From NCBI RefSeq assembly GCF_009914755.1, contig NC_060937.1: 64,000 nucleotides of DNA, one strand, 5' to 3'. A model generated the notes under the pieces. The model had not been told where the DNA came from. It did not search any database and saw nothing but the letters and a program-made list of their open reading frames with translations. Each line of letters opens with the position of its first letter. Positions within the stretch are counted from its first letter, which is position 1. Position numbers and translations under genes: made by a program. This document shows, piece by piece, positions 26,870-40,439 of the stretch. The DNA comes from the human T2T-CHM13v2.0 reference genome, Homo sapiens.

Positions 26870-28318
26870 AAGTATTTCTTCTTTTTTGTATGTTAACCTC
26901 TAACCTCTTACTCTTTAGTAGTTCCTTCCCATCCATAAGTAAATGGGCTAAATTTCTCTCCCATACAATAAATACAAAAAAAAAAAAAAAAAACCATAAA
27001 ACAGAAAATCCTTTATTGACCTCACATGACTTCTAGCAACCGCTGATCTCTTTCCTCCCTTCACAACAAAACATTTCAAAAGACTTTTCTACAGTTTCTA
27101 TCTACATTTTATTTTCTCACAATCACTCTCCATCCAATGACCTTCATGTAGTTAAATTCAAGTTTTTTTTTTCTTTCTAGTGCTTGCCTTACTGCATGTC
27201 TTCTTGATATTTACCCTTGATGCTACTCTCCTACCCTTCCCCTATTTTTCAAATACTCCCCGCCTTTAGCTTCCATGATTTTGAACTAAGTTCAATGAGT
27301 TGGACAATTCCTGCTCTGTCTCCTTGGTATAGTCAAACTTCGCCACCAAAACATTAAATGTTGGCTTGGGTTCTTTGCTTCTAAAATATAGTAATTCTCC
27401 CACTCATGCTGACGGTTTTCATTATTACCCTACAAGATTTTACCAAATTTTATCTCAAGCTCCAGCCACTTTTCTGACTGCCTATTTACCACCACCACCA
27501 GGATATTTAAAAGATGCTTCAGAACATCATATTCAAAATCTGCCACAGTCTACTCCATCACTACTACCCATAACTTTATTCTTATGTTTTCTATATCATT
27601 GAATGGATATCTCACTTTATTATGTCGCACATGCCACATATTTTAGCACCATCTGTAATATCTCTTCCATACTCCCTTAACCAACTCAATACCAAACCTG
27701 GCTGATTTTTGCCTCCTAAAACACATCTCCTATTTTCTGCCTCTACTGTATGTATCTTGACTGCTATCCCTGCTTTTATTCTTGCTTCCCTCAAATCTGC
27801 TCTCTATTTTGCAGCCAGAATGCTATTTTTAAAACACAAGGTTGAATATATCACTGTTTGCTAAAAACCCTGAAAGTGGTTTTCACAGGTTTGTGGGGCT
27901 CCTTTTATGTGTTTTAAAAAGAAATTCCCATTCACGGCCCTTCCCATCTCTCCATTATCTCTCTCACTGTACTCCTTTCACTCTCTGCATTGCCAGGCAT
28001 GTTAACCTTCTTTCACGTCTCAAACAAAGCATGCTCCATCCTTCCAGAGTATATGCTGTTTCTCCCACTAACTGAAATGCTCTTCACTCAGATACCCTGT
28101 TGTTTTTATTTAACCCCTCATCAAACTTTTTTTATCTTAGTTAAATAATACTTTACTTTTCTCAACTAAATCTCCCCCAGCATAGACATAACAACATAGA
28201 TATGGCAGCGTATCTCCCTGCTATGCACCCTCATGATAGTCTTTTTCAGAGTTGTAAATTGTAGTTTCAACTCCTTTGCTGTCTAAAACATATTATGAAT
28301 GAATGAATGAATGAATGA
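26870..28318 (+). mobile_element. L2 fragments ending in (GAAT)n tail
   Basis: ctctttcctcccttcacaacaaaac, tttagcttccatga, gcagccagaatgctatttttaaaacacaa, terminal gaatgaatgaatgaatgaatga. Confidence 0.8.
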
Positions 28319-28319
28319 C

Positions 28320-29890
28320 CAATTAATATGTACTAGGTCCTGAGGTGACAAAAGCAATTTTGAGATAAATAAATCCTGGTTCCTGATCTCCAATCTGGTG
28401 GGAAAGAAACTTACACAAATAATTAAAGGCATAATGCAGTATGATAACTATTGTAGTAAAGAAATGTACCATACAAGTTTGTGGAGAGGAAAATCCAATG
28501 AATTCTACATGGAAGGGACAGGGCATGCAGGCTTCAAAGCAAAGCTGACACTTGTGCTGAACTTTGAAGAAAGATCTGAAGTTAGTGAGGTAAAGACTTT
28601 GGGGAAAAAGATATCCTAGGTGTAAAGAACAGCATGAACAAAGTCAAGAAGGTGTTGGCACACATGTCAGGTACAAGGAATTTGGAATGAATGCTTCTTT
28701 GTGTCTAGAACAGGTGGTGTATGGAGGAGAGTAGCCCAAGATTAGAAAAAGAGATAGCTGTCTAGAATTGCCACAGCTGTGAATTACTATGCAAAGATCT
28801 TGAGACTACACTTTTTCTGAACACAGTGAGATCTTCTCTCTCTTTCTCTCAGGTGGCATGATTTTTGCCAAATATAGTAGTAGGTGGCAAAGTGGTAGGA
28901 AGGAATGGCAATATGAGAGTCAGAAAGTCCCATAGAAACCTATTACAATCATCTAATGAAGCCATAATTAGAGCAGTAGCAATGGGGATGGAGAGAGAAT
29001 TTTGGGATTTTTACCTTCTAACTTTTAGGTTCAGGGGTACATGTGCAGGTTTGTTATATAGATAAATTTGTGCCACAAGGGTTTGTTGTACAGATTATTT
29101 CATAACCAGGTACTAAGCTTAGTATTCAATAGTTATCTTTACTGATCCCCTCCCTCCTCACACTCTCCATCCTCAAGTACGCCCCAGTGTCTTTTGTTCC
29201 CCTGTGTCCACGTGTTCTCATCATTTAGCTCCCACTTATAAGTGAGAACATGCGGTATTTGGTTTTCTGTTCCTGCATTGTTAGTTTACTAAGGATGATG
29301 GCCTCCAGCTTCATCCATGTGCCTGCAAAGGACATGATCTCATTCTTGTTTATGGCTGTATAATATTCCATAATGTATATGTACCACTTTTTTTAATCCA
29401 GTCTATCACCAGTGGGCATTTAGGTTGATTTCATGTCTTTGCTATTGTAAGTAGTGATACAATGGACACACCTATGCATGTGTCTTTATGATAGAACAAT
29501 TTATATTCCTCTGGGTATATACCCAGTAATGGAATGGCTGGATTGATTGGTAGTTCTGCTTTCAGCTCTTTGAGAAATCACCACACTACTTTCCACAATG
29601 GTTGAATTAATTTACACTCCCACCAACAGTGCATAAGTGTTTTCTTTTCTCCACAACCTCGCAGCATCTGTTATGTTTGAACTTTTTAATAACTGCCATC
29701 TCAAACTAACTGGTTTGAGATGGTATCTCATCGTAGTTTTGATTTGCATTTCAGAGAGAGAATTTTTAAGATAAAATAAGTATGACCTGGTGGCCAACTG
29801 GAATGTGAACCAGGGAAGTAGTGAAAGAATGGAAGAATCAAGGACATTTAGCTTGGGTAACTGACTGGCATTTACTGAGACAGGGTACAC
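28320..29890 (-). mobile_element. L2 fragments, interrupted by L1PA
   Basis: aaagaacagcatgaacaaagtcaaga, agagcagtagcaatggggatggaga, tttagcttgggtaactgactgg. Confidence 0.7.
29008..29752 (-). mobile_element. 5'-truncated L1PA15/16-like
   Basis: aacttttaggttcaggggtacatgtgcaggtttgtta...catttagctcccacttataagtgagaacatgcgg...gtttttgatttgcatttc region; TSD gagagagaatttt on both sides. Confidence 0.93.
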
Positions 29891-31769
29891 AGTAGTAGGA
29901 CAATATGTGGTGGAAAAAACAGCCACATTTTTCTGCTCCTGAACAGTGCATGATCTAGTAAAAGAAAGACATACCATCAGCAATCACCTATACCATGATA
30001 TTAATATGCAGGAAAACCTTTTCTTACCAGCTGGAGTAAGATATCATCTTAAGGAGAGCCCATCATTTGTTTAGGAAGTGTTTTGATAAATCTGCTGAGA
30101 ATCAGGGCTGACAACCAGGATTTGAAGACCTGGGTGTCTAGCTATATGCACAGGAATGTAGGAGGAAATAGAGACACTGTTGGGAGTTGGGGAAAGATTG
30201 AAAGAGGGAGTAACTGGCAGCAGAAAGGGGATATCCAGAGCATATTTGGAGGTGAAATGTTTGTGTTATGTGTAGTATAGAATTCTTCCTTTGGATTCTA
30301 CTATGACTTCTTCAGTAAATTCCACAGTTCATACTGACACTTTGAGAAGCATATTTTATTTTGGGAGAATGCAAAAGAAGTGCCCAGGGTTGTTTCATGC
30401 TTGATGGAGAAATCAGAGGAGAGCCATATCTGGGTTTCAAGGTAATTTTAAAGTCCTATAAAGAAAAGGTAAAGAAATGCATAGACACATAGAAGCTTAG
30501 TAGGATAATGCTCCTGTTTGAGATTTCCTGAAATGAAGAACTTTCCCTGGCAAGGAAAAAAAAAAAAAAAAGCATACGCAAAGGCATAAAGATATACAAT
30601 GGTAAGTGATCTGGGATAATCAGTGTGATGAAGGGTAGGAGAGGGAGGGGAATAGTGAGAAGTGGCTGAAGCAATGAATTCAGACCAAAATTTTCTATTC
30701 AATAAGGGAGTATATATTCAATTTTTTCCCAGTAGTACTTGAGAGTGAATTTATACTGTCTACTTGCTTTCTAACTATTTTAATATTTTACTATGAATAT
30801 CTACCAAAGGCCCTAAGATAAAACAATGGCTACATATGAGGCAAAGGGAAGTTGAGCAGGTCCTTGTCACGCTATTGTGGAAAAGAAAAAAGGGTTGAAC
30901 ATGCAAAATCTCTTAGATATAACACTAAATAAACTTTTAAAATACTGTCAGAAAGAAACATTATATACATGGAATCACCATACCCTCCTGGCATATAACT
31001 CAGTCATTGACTGATTACTTCCTACAATATTTCCAGGATGAAAAGCATGTTCTTGCTAAAAGTCAATGCTTAATAATTAAAGTAAAGGCTCTGTCTCTTC
31101 ATTGAGGAAAAATTTGTAAAATTTGTAGTAAGACTATTCCTTAATGCTGATTTCTTCTCCCTACACTAAGAATTGTAGCTAACATTGTTGCATGCTTAAT
31201 ATGACTTTCTTCTCAGGACCAAAGCACAATCTCCTTCATGTTATGGAGTAGATGAGCAATTATGCATGACTAATTCTGTAAAACTCACCTCAAAGATATA
31301 AAGATTAGTCTCATTACATTTCCATTATTCTTTAATAATTATTAAAACAAAGAACTACCTACTGTAGATGGCTCAATGGACCTTGTGTTTCCTTCCTCTG
31401 CATTTGTAATGAATTGAATAGATTTTATATTTTCAACAAATCAATTGCCTATTCCCTAATTTACATTATTGTTCACTTGGAAAAGATGAAACATTTTACT
31501 CTTCAGTGCAAGGTGTACATTGAATGAGTACGGGATTTTTATGCAAATTATTCATTGACACTAGCGAAACAGAAACATATCACTTATTATCAAAGCTAAA
31601 TTAGCCAAAAGATTCACTGTTATTTTTTTCCCTTATTCTAATTTGAAAGCCCAAGATTATCAGTACACCTACTGTTCTTTCGGCATGCATAACACATTTA
31701 AGGGAAAAGCATTCATTACTCTATCCACAATTCTCTTAAAAAAATAAAAAATAAAAAAAAATAAAAAAC

Positions 31770-32037
31770 GGCCAGGCGCGGTGGCTCACGCTTGTAATCC
31801 CAGCACTTCGGGAGGCCGAGGCGGGCGGATCACGAGGTCAGGAGATCGAGAGCATCCTGGCTAACACGGTGAAACCCCATCTCTACCAAAGATACAAAAA
31901 ATTAGCCGGGCGTGGTGGTGGGCGCCTGTAGTCCTAGCTACTGGGGAGGCTGAGGCAGGAGAATGGCGTGAATCCAGGAAGCGGAGCTTGCAGTGAGCCG
32001 AGCTTGCGCCCCAAAACAAACAAACAAAAAAACAAAA
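31770..32037 (+). mobile_element. AluY lacking the last ~35 nt of the right arm
   Basis: Y-type gatcacgaggtcaggagatcgag, ctaacacgg, gaatggcgtgaa, gagcttgcag; runs from gcgcccc directly into an (AAAC)n tail. Confidence 0.93.
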
Positions 32038-33904
32038 CTCTTTTTTGAGACATCAAAGAAAATATCATTTTTATATCTTTTCCACAGGCTGTTGTTTATA
32101 CAGCATTTTGGCAGCTGCAACACGTTGAATCCAGAGCCATCAAAAATCGTCAGTGAAAATGACTAGTGACTAGTAGCAGGGTTTCTCACACATTTCATCT
32201 TGACCTTCTCTCGCTCACACTAAGATAAGACAGCTTTTAGAATCATTTCATTAACATTAGGTAACCATGTGAAGGAAAATCTTTTTCAGAAAGAATTAAC
32301 CACACCATCCCTCTGGGAAATCGCTTAGTAAACCTGCACACTGGGCTAGTCAGGGTTTGTTAAGTGTCTGCAGCATTGTTTAAATCCCAAATACACTGAA
32401 AACAAACCACACCTTCCACTGTTAACCTTACTGCTATAGTGAGACTAGCTAGCCCAAACACCTGAGATAAATGTGGCACTCACAGCCCTCACCAACTGTC
32501 AATTTATCCCACTGTTAGAGCCAGACCACAGGAAAGACCACATTAAAAAGTAATCATAAAACCTTCTTGAATGATGATAAGCTATCCCTGCTATTTTTTA
32601 AACTTTTCTTTATAGACTTTATAGCAATGTTTGCATTGCTATGTCAGGATTTATGACTTCCAAGTGTAAAATGCTGTAGCCCTGGTTCACAGGGAGTTTG
32701 CATTAGTTTAGCAGGTCAATCCAAACACAAATCTAGAAGATGTTTTGATGCAGAGCCCTATTTCTCAGTAGTAATGTCAGTTCTCATTGGGTGTATAATA
32801 AAGTGTATTGAAAGACCTTTTAAGTCAGCAACCATTTTGACATAACCTGGTATCAGGATAAACAGCTGTTGCAAAGAAGTGATTCTTAAGGAAAATAAAA
32901 ATGTAATCCATCACCATTGAGTAAGAAAAAACAACTATAATATTTAAAAAGTTTAGCAGATGCAATATTGCTGTGTATTTGTGGGTAGTTGGTTAACTAT
33001 TCTCTTCCCACAGATTAGCAGATCTCTGAGCATAATCATTCATGTTCTAACGGTTAAAGCTGCTTCATATTCTCCTCCCACAACTTTCTGTAGTAATTGT
33101 TTTCAGTCATCCATAAAGCAGTGAAAATAACACATATTTTATTCATGATACCAAAAGCAAAATTGTGGAAAAAAAGTAAAAACAGAGCTACATATAAAAG
33201 ATTTCAACTTCTGAAACACAGTATCAGTTTTTAAAAGAAAAAAAAACTTTCTTTGCTAATACCTTTAACCTTACACGTCCCCAAACATGTTTAAATAAAT
33301 GTAGCAAAAGACAGCTTAGCCACAAAATGGTGGTAGGGAAAACGTCCCATAAAAGAAGTAGAGGACTGAATGAGGATGAAAAGAGAGAACAGGGAAACCT
33401 CACAAGTTGCCTTCATAAAAACAACTGTGTTAATCTTCAATAAACACCAGCATTTCCAATTATTTTTAAATGCTTGTAGTATAAAATTAACAATTATATC
33501 ATAAAAATACTATTATGCAATAAATTCTTCCAAACGTCTTTTGTTTTACAAATAGAAACATACTTTTTGTCTGACACTAAACTTTTCATTCATACTCAAG
33601 TGACAACCACACCTACTGGGACAGCCTCCTATTTATTCAAGAAGTATTTCTGAGGGCCCACTCTGTGCCAGGATCTGTGACAGATGCCCCTGTCAAAAGA
33701 AATATAAATAGCTACCTTAATGTATTTTTTAGTAAGGTTATGTTAGGCATATTTGATTCTTAAAAAGAATCCCAAATATATGAATATGATATATAATAGA
33801 AACATTTCCTGAAATGGGCATGCAATGCGTGGATATATTCATTGTGAACAAGAGGTCAGAAGCCCAGAGAAATAGCAACCTGGCACCAAGAATCAACAGG
33901 CTGA

Positions 33905-34251
33905 TAAAAAAAGAATGAGATCATGTTCTTTGCGGTGACATGGATGAAGCTGGAGACCATTATCCTTAGCAAAATAACACAGGAACAGAAAAGCAAATAC
34001 CACATGTTCTCACTTATAAATGGAAGCTAAATGATGAGAACACATGGACACAAAGAGGGGAACAACAAATATTGGGGCCTTTTGGAGGGTGGAGGGTAGA
34101 GGAGGGAGAGGATCAGGAAAAACAACTAATGGGTACTAGGCTTAATACCTAGATAATGAAAAAATCTGTACAACAAACCCCCATGACACAAGTTTACCTA
34201 TGTAACAAACCCTCATCTGTGCCCCTGTACTTAAAATAAAAGTTAAAAAAA
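33905..34251 (+). mobile_element. 5'-truncated L1PA15-like 3' end
   Basis: aaaagaatgagatcatg...gagaggatcaggaaaaacaactaatgggtactaggcttaatacc...acttaaaataaaagttaaaaaaa. Confidence 0.93.
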
Positions 34252-34780
34252 GAATAAAGTACTTAGGAGTAAATTTAACCAAGGGGGTGAAAGATCTATA
34301 CACTGAAACTATAAAACACTGATAAAAATAAATTGAAGAAGACATAAATCAATGGAAAGATAGCCTGTGTTCATGTATTGGAAGAATTAATATTGTTAAA
34401 ATGTTCATACTATTCAAAGCAATTTACAAATTCAATCAATCCCTATCAAAATTCCAATGCCATTTTTCAGAGAAATAGAAAAGAAATCCTAAAATTCATA
34501 TGGAACCACAAAATACCTGCAATAGCCAAAGCAATTTCAAGAAAGAAGAATACATCTGGAGACATCATACTTCCTGACTTTAAACTATATTACAAAGCTA
34601 TAGTAATCAAAACAGTATTGTGCTGGCATAAAAACAGACACATATATCAATAGAATAGAGGGTCCTGAAATAAACCCACACACACAGTCAACTAATATTT
34701 GACAAAGATGCCTAGAATACAAAATTGGGAAAGGATAGTCTCTTTAATAAATGATGTTGGGAAAGCTGGATATCTACATA
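34252..34780 (+). mobile_element. Older L1M (L1MA-late/L1MB) ORF2 fragment
   Basis: ORF 34378-34653 contains ILKFIWNHK...[16 protein letters not shown], matching the L1 ORF2 motif LKFIWN...[10 protein letters not shown]. Confidence 0.9.
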
Positions 34781-35264
34781 TTCTAAAGGTCTTTATAAGA
34801 TTTTTTCAGACTTTATGAATTTTGAAAATTAAATGAACAATATTTGTGCTTAAGAAAAAGAATCAACAGGCTGAAGAGATCACAAGAGACACAAGACAGC
34901 ACAACCAGAAAAGGAAATTTTCTTCTCAAGGAGCAACATCATGCTGAACAGAAATAGAGCAAACTATTTTTATAAACATGAAGATACCATCATACTCTAT
35001 TATAGATAGCATTATAATTATGGATTTTTTTAATGTTTTAGGCGTTTACTCCCTTTCTTGTTCTGCCAAAATTCTAATATTAGAAAGCAGAGTCAAAGAC
35101 AAATCAGTTGAAAACCATTGCAGTCGCTGAGTAAGGTATTTGCATTTCTTCAGTAACCACTCATAACTCTTATGAATAATCTCAATGAGTGTGACTAAAA
35201 CCTGGAGTTGTCTGACTCTCCTCAGCCAGATGAATCTGACCACTCCCTCTTTACACCCCATTCA

Positions 35265-35425
35265 AACTTCTCTTATAGCACATAACATTTTATTGTACTT
35301 TTTTATAAATCTATCTCATTTGCCATGACATATCATCTCGAGGGGAAGGACCTTGTCTTGTGTAATTTGGTACCCATTACCTATGGCACTTATTGAATGT
35401 CTTAAATAATAAGTAATAAATTTGT
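35265..35425 (+). mobile_element. L2 3' fragment
   Basis: ctcgaggggaaggaccttgtcttgtgtaatttggtaccca...tggcact. Confidence 0.65.
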
Positions 35426-35569
35426 ATTTGAGTTTTAAGTAATCAGAGCCAGAAAAGGAAACAAAATCAGGAGTATTACCAATATTTTGTTTTAGAAAAA
35501 TTAGATTTTGATTGTTAAATGTGATATTTATTATTAGTATTGCTATGATTCTTTTGCTAAAACTGCAAA

Positions 35570-35735
35570 GCCTATACCTTTAAATTCTGCCTATATAATT
35601 AGCTTTCAGCATGGCACAGAACAAGCCACTCAACCTCTCTATTTTTTAGTAGTAAAAATTTTTTAAATTTACCTTACAGGAAGGGTGGGAGAAACCAGCT
35701 ATGAAACAAATTATAATATAAAAGTGCTATATAAA
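35570..35735 (+). mobile_element. MIR (degenerate)
   Basis: aacaagccactcaacctctct...accttacagga...aaagtgctatataaa. Confidence 0.55.
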
Positions 35736-36139
35736 GATTAATGGAGAGAACTATGACTTATAAAAAATGATTATAATAAAATAAAATAACTGTGGATGCA
35801 ATAGCAACCTATATCAGAAACAAAGGGGCTACAGAAACGACTTTGAAGTTATCTCAATTACTATTTATCCCAACAGCAGTTTATTCAGATCACAGTTGAT
35901 GTTTATTCTTTGGTCCCTGAATATATTTCTAAGATGACTTCTCTAATATGCCTTATGTTGTAATAATGAATATATTATTGAATTTATAAAGCTTATTATT
36001 CATTTTTAAATACACAACTCTGGTACAAGATCATGATTTTTATAAGCTAAAAAAGAGAGATATATTTGGAGAGCTAAAAAAGTTCAAGAGTCTATGGGAT
36101 GCAAAGTTTTCTTTGACTCAAGACCTCTTTTGACCCCAT

Positions 36140-37712
36140 CCTTTTATTTTGAAAAATATCAAGCTTACATAAAAATCGTAAAAAAAAAAGTACAATGAAT
36201 ACCACATACCCTTCAGCTATATTCACCAATTGTTAACATTTTGCCGTATATGCTATATGTCTAAACACATGCACACACACAAAGACACGTACTTTTTTTT
36301 TTTTGCTGAACTGCTTGTAAGTAAGCTGCACATAATAAAATATTCACCTCTAACTATTAAATAATTCAGGTTATATCTCCTAAGAAGTAGGAAATCAGGC
36401 CATTGTTCTAAATAGCCACACCATCATGATCACACTCAAGAAATAAAACACTGGTATAGCAATATTAGCTAATCCAGTGTTTCTCAAATTATCTATGGAG
36501 GAGAATCAGTATTTGTCATCTCCAATCAACTGAGAAACAATACTTTTGTAAAATAAAATAAAAATGAATTACTAAGAAAATGAGAAGGCACCTCTATGCC
36601 ACAACAGTGTCAAGTTACTATAGAAATTTCTACCTGTTTACTCTTAATTTCTGTACTTAACTCCTTGTTGATCAATAAAAACCAATTAAAAAATTTAAAA
36701 GCCAATTGGCACTGTCTTAAAGACCATACTTGTAATAGCACTATTATGACACTGAGTAAATATTCAAGCGACACCAATTACCCCATCAATTACATTTTTA
36801 ATGTGACCCAAGCAAGAATTATGCCTCTTTATTCTCTTATAATCTAAGAAAGTGATACTTCCTGTCTTTCCCTCTCTTTCTCTCTCTCTCTTTGACATTT
36901 ATAACACTGACCCTTGGAAGATTCCAGGCTAGTTGATTTGTAGAATGCCCCAACAGATGATTTTGTTTGGTGTTACTTCATGATCAATTTTACTTTAAAC
37001 ACCTCAGGCCAGAATACTAGAATAGGTGTTTCTTCGCCCCTGCTGCTGCATGACATTAGATGGCAAATGATGTTAGTTTGTTCTATGGTTAGTAATGCTA
37101 ACGTAGTATCTGTCAGATTTCATTATGTACGTAGCTGTTTCCTTTTGCAATTCATAAATAATCTGTTTGCTGACATGTTGACATGGTGTAAATATCTCAT
37201 TCCCCAGCAACACTTCATGCAATGCTTTTAGTATCTATGTATGCATTTTGCCCAAAATAGTTATTATATTTTAGGTAAAAAAATGATTATGTCTAACTTG
37301 TTTTCAAACAAAGTATTAGCTGGCATTCCTCTGTAATGAAGAGTTCTCCTTTGCCCCTCCATCTCTTTATTTTGGGGGAAGTTAGCTCAGTTGGCTCATG
37401 GATTATTTTATTCTTTTTCATTTAATATTCATAATTCATTATCCTCATAATCTATTTTGAAGTTCAAAGTGTTTGAAATTTGGCCAATGAGAATTTCTTC
37501 AGGCCAGCTCTTAGGTAGGTATGAAATGTCCCCATAAACTTTCAAGTGCTCCCTTACTTTCTGATACAATGTATCCACCGCATACTTTCCCTGCCACAGA
37601 GTAAATCATTTATCCAGTGATCCCTGGTTCCCTTGAGTAAGGAATGGTATTTAGAAGCCAAGATTTAAGTACTAGGGGTAATCATTACTATTGCATATTA
37701 TATTTTTCAGGA
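36140..37712 (-). mobile_element. L1MC4/5-like 3'UTR
   Basis: ttttattttgaaaaatatcaagcttaca, attcaccaattgttaacattttgcc, aatttggccaatgagaa, ggaatggtatttagaagccaagat. Confidence 0.8.
36475..36743. mobile_element. hAT-Charlie relic (Charlie4-like) inside L1MC
   Basis: cagtgtttctcaaattatctatgg start, accatacttgtaatagcact end; shares ctatagaaatttcta with the 59891-60155 copy. Confidence 0.65.
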
Positions 37713-38097
37713 GTTTGTAATTTTTTAATCCTCCTCTTAACATCTCAATCAGTACAAAAACATTGTTTCATACATGGAAATACTTAGTATGAGCTCTATT
37801 AGAAAACGTTACTAGTGGGAAATTGTTGAATTAAAACTTCATATCTATTTAAACATTTAAGCTTTTAAATGACTAAAGCTATATTGTCATACCTTTTAGG
37901 GATGAAGTTTGTTATGCATAAATATGTAGAATCTTATTTAAATCTTTTCAAAAGTGATATTTTCACACTTTCCAAATCTCCCCAATAAGATGTGATAAAT
38001 CTTTCCTTACAACCCTAATAGTGTGTTGTTTCTTAATATCCCATGCTACATGGTATCTTATGCTATGAATATTTCTGGCTATTGCTCATCTAACCTC

Positions 38098-38245
38098 TAC
38101 AGTGACTGAGTTTAGTATCTAAAGTCAGAAGACTTAGATTTGAACATTAGATCCAACACTTAACCAAATTTTCTCCTTTGAAAAATGTCACTTAATTTTC
38201 CAGAGTGTAAGTTTTCTATGTGGAAATAGAAGTAATATTATCTCT
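38098..38245 (+). mobile_element. MIR
   Basis: aagtcagaagacttagatttgaa...gtcacttaattttccagagtgtaagttttctatgtggaaatagaagtaata. Confidence 0.7.
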
Positions 38246-38771
38246 TTATCATTAGCAATATTTATAATATCCATAAATGTCTGAGATCCTGGGAATACAG
38301 GATTCAATCAAGGTCAAAGGTTTTTTTCATAAGGCAGGAAATACATTTACATATTGTGGAATACCTGTCAAGGTAAGACCTTTAGACCTACTCATAAAGA
38401 TATTTAAATATTGTAAAATATCTTTTAAAATGCAAAATCCAAAAAAATAAGCAATTTGGGGAAATTGGCAGACTTCCATGATGTCATGAGGACAGCTAAA
38501 CTGGAGATTTGTGTTACCTGACCACTGGACTCTTAAAATTATAAAATCCAGAATTTATTTTGATTAATATAAATATAGGGTACTATTAGGGAAGTTAGTT
38601 AGTACAAAGAAGGCCCTGGACATCTGAAACTCCACATCACACAGTAAACCAAATTATCAGATGGTATAAAACTTCAGGTATTCAAGATAATTATTTTCTT
38701 CCTAGTCATAAACATCTTTCAAAAGGGATACATTTGGTATTAAATATATCATGTTTAAAATTAAACACAGT

Positions 38772-40405
38772 GGAGGCTTCTTATTTCAGCTCCATCATGT
38801 TAAGAACTGCAAAGTTGTCACTCCCATTCTATAACAAGAAAATCTGGATCAACTGCAAGCAATTACATTTCTTGGACCCATCAGAGGACTGAAGTTACAA
38901 AGCAAATTGCCAACCTGAAATCTGGAGAAACAGGTGTATCCCAAAAAGATACATCAACAAAAATCTTTGCACTGTGAGCAGAGCCAGTGGAGCATAAGTT
39001 GGTAGGAACTCTTAAAGGGTAATTTCAAGAAATTTCTAGAGGCTTAGTGTGGAATTGAATGACAGTGAGACGCTTTTGGTGGCCACACTCATAAGAGGGC
39101 ATCACACTTTCATGGAATCTAACTCCAGGAGGCCCACCTCCAGGTTCTCAAGATGGAGAGCTAAGAAAGATCCCCTTGAGGCTCTGGCAGGGGGAAGGAA
39201 AGAGTAACATTGTAGGACATGTCCAAAGCATTTTCCATAAAAAACGCATACTGTCCAGCGAAACAGCTTTCCTAAAGCACACTTCTGAAGTGTTCCACTC
39301 TGGGGGAAGGGAATTCCTCCCCACATCATCTCCTCTCAGCCAACCTAAGACATAAGCCCTATAAAAGATTAAGATTTAACCAACTTATCCTACGCAGACA
39401 AAAAAGAAGTAATAAAAATTAGAACAGAAATCAATAAAATTGGAAACAGGAAACCAACTAGAAAATCAATAAAACCAAAAGCGATTTCTTTGGAAAGATC
39501 AATAGAATTGATAAACCACTAGTCATGCTAACCAAGAAAGCAGAGAGAAGACACAAATTAGCAATATCAGAAATGAAAAAGTAAGTTAAATTATATAATA
39601 ATGGAACACTATGAACAAATCTAGGGCCATAAATTATACTTACATCATTACTTAGATAAAATGGACCTACTCCTTGAAAGACATAAACTATCAAAACTCA
39701 CACAAGAAGAAATGAGTAACCTGATGTCCTATATTTTTAAAGAAAGTGAATCAATAATTAATGGCATCACAAGAAAAGAAAGCATCAAGCCCATATGGTT
39801 TCACTCACTATCAAACATTTATTGAAGAAATAGTACCAAGTCTCCACAATCACATTCAGAAAATAGAAGCATTGTAAATACTCCTTAACTCATTCTATAA
39901 GACCAGAATTACTTTAATATAAACCAGATAAAAGCTTTACAAGAAAATAAGACTACAAACTAATATTTCTCATGAACATTAACAGAAAAATCTGTAAGAA
40001 AACATTAACAAATTAAATCCAATAATATATTAAAAATTATATTCCATGACCAAGTGGAATTTACTCCAGGTATGCAAGGCTGGTTCAACCTTTGAAAACC
40101 AATCAATGTAATCCTACATATTACCAGGATAAAAGAGAAAAATCACATGATCATATCAATTTGTACAGGAAAAATGGAAATGTCCTCAACTTGGTAAAGA
40201 CTGTTTACAAAATTCCCAGTGCTAACACAATTCTTAATTGTGAGAAACTGGACACTTTTCTCCTAAGAATGGGTAAGGTCAAGATGTCTACTCTCATTTC
40301 TATTCAATATTATACTTGAATTCCTAGCTGGAGCAACAAAACAAAACAAAATAAACATAAAATGCATACATATTTGAGAGGAAGAAATAAAACTGTCTAT
40401 TGAGA
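38772..40405 (+). mobile_element. Old L1M (MC/MD-like) 5'UTR plus ORF2 fragments
   Basis: aaagttgtcactccc...tttcttggacccatcagaggactgaag (5'UTR); aaaattagaacagaaatcaataaaattg, ccaggtatgcaaggctggttcaac (ORF2). Confidence 0.8.
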
Positions 40406-40439
40406 GGTCATAGGTAAGGTCTACATTTAACTCCAAGAA

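Noticed and set aside
34378-34653. ORF with clear protein similarity
   Set aside because: Frameshifted L1 ORF2 remnant, not a host gene.
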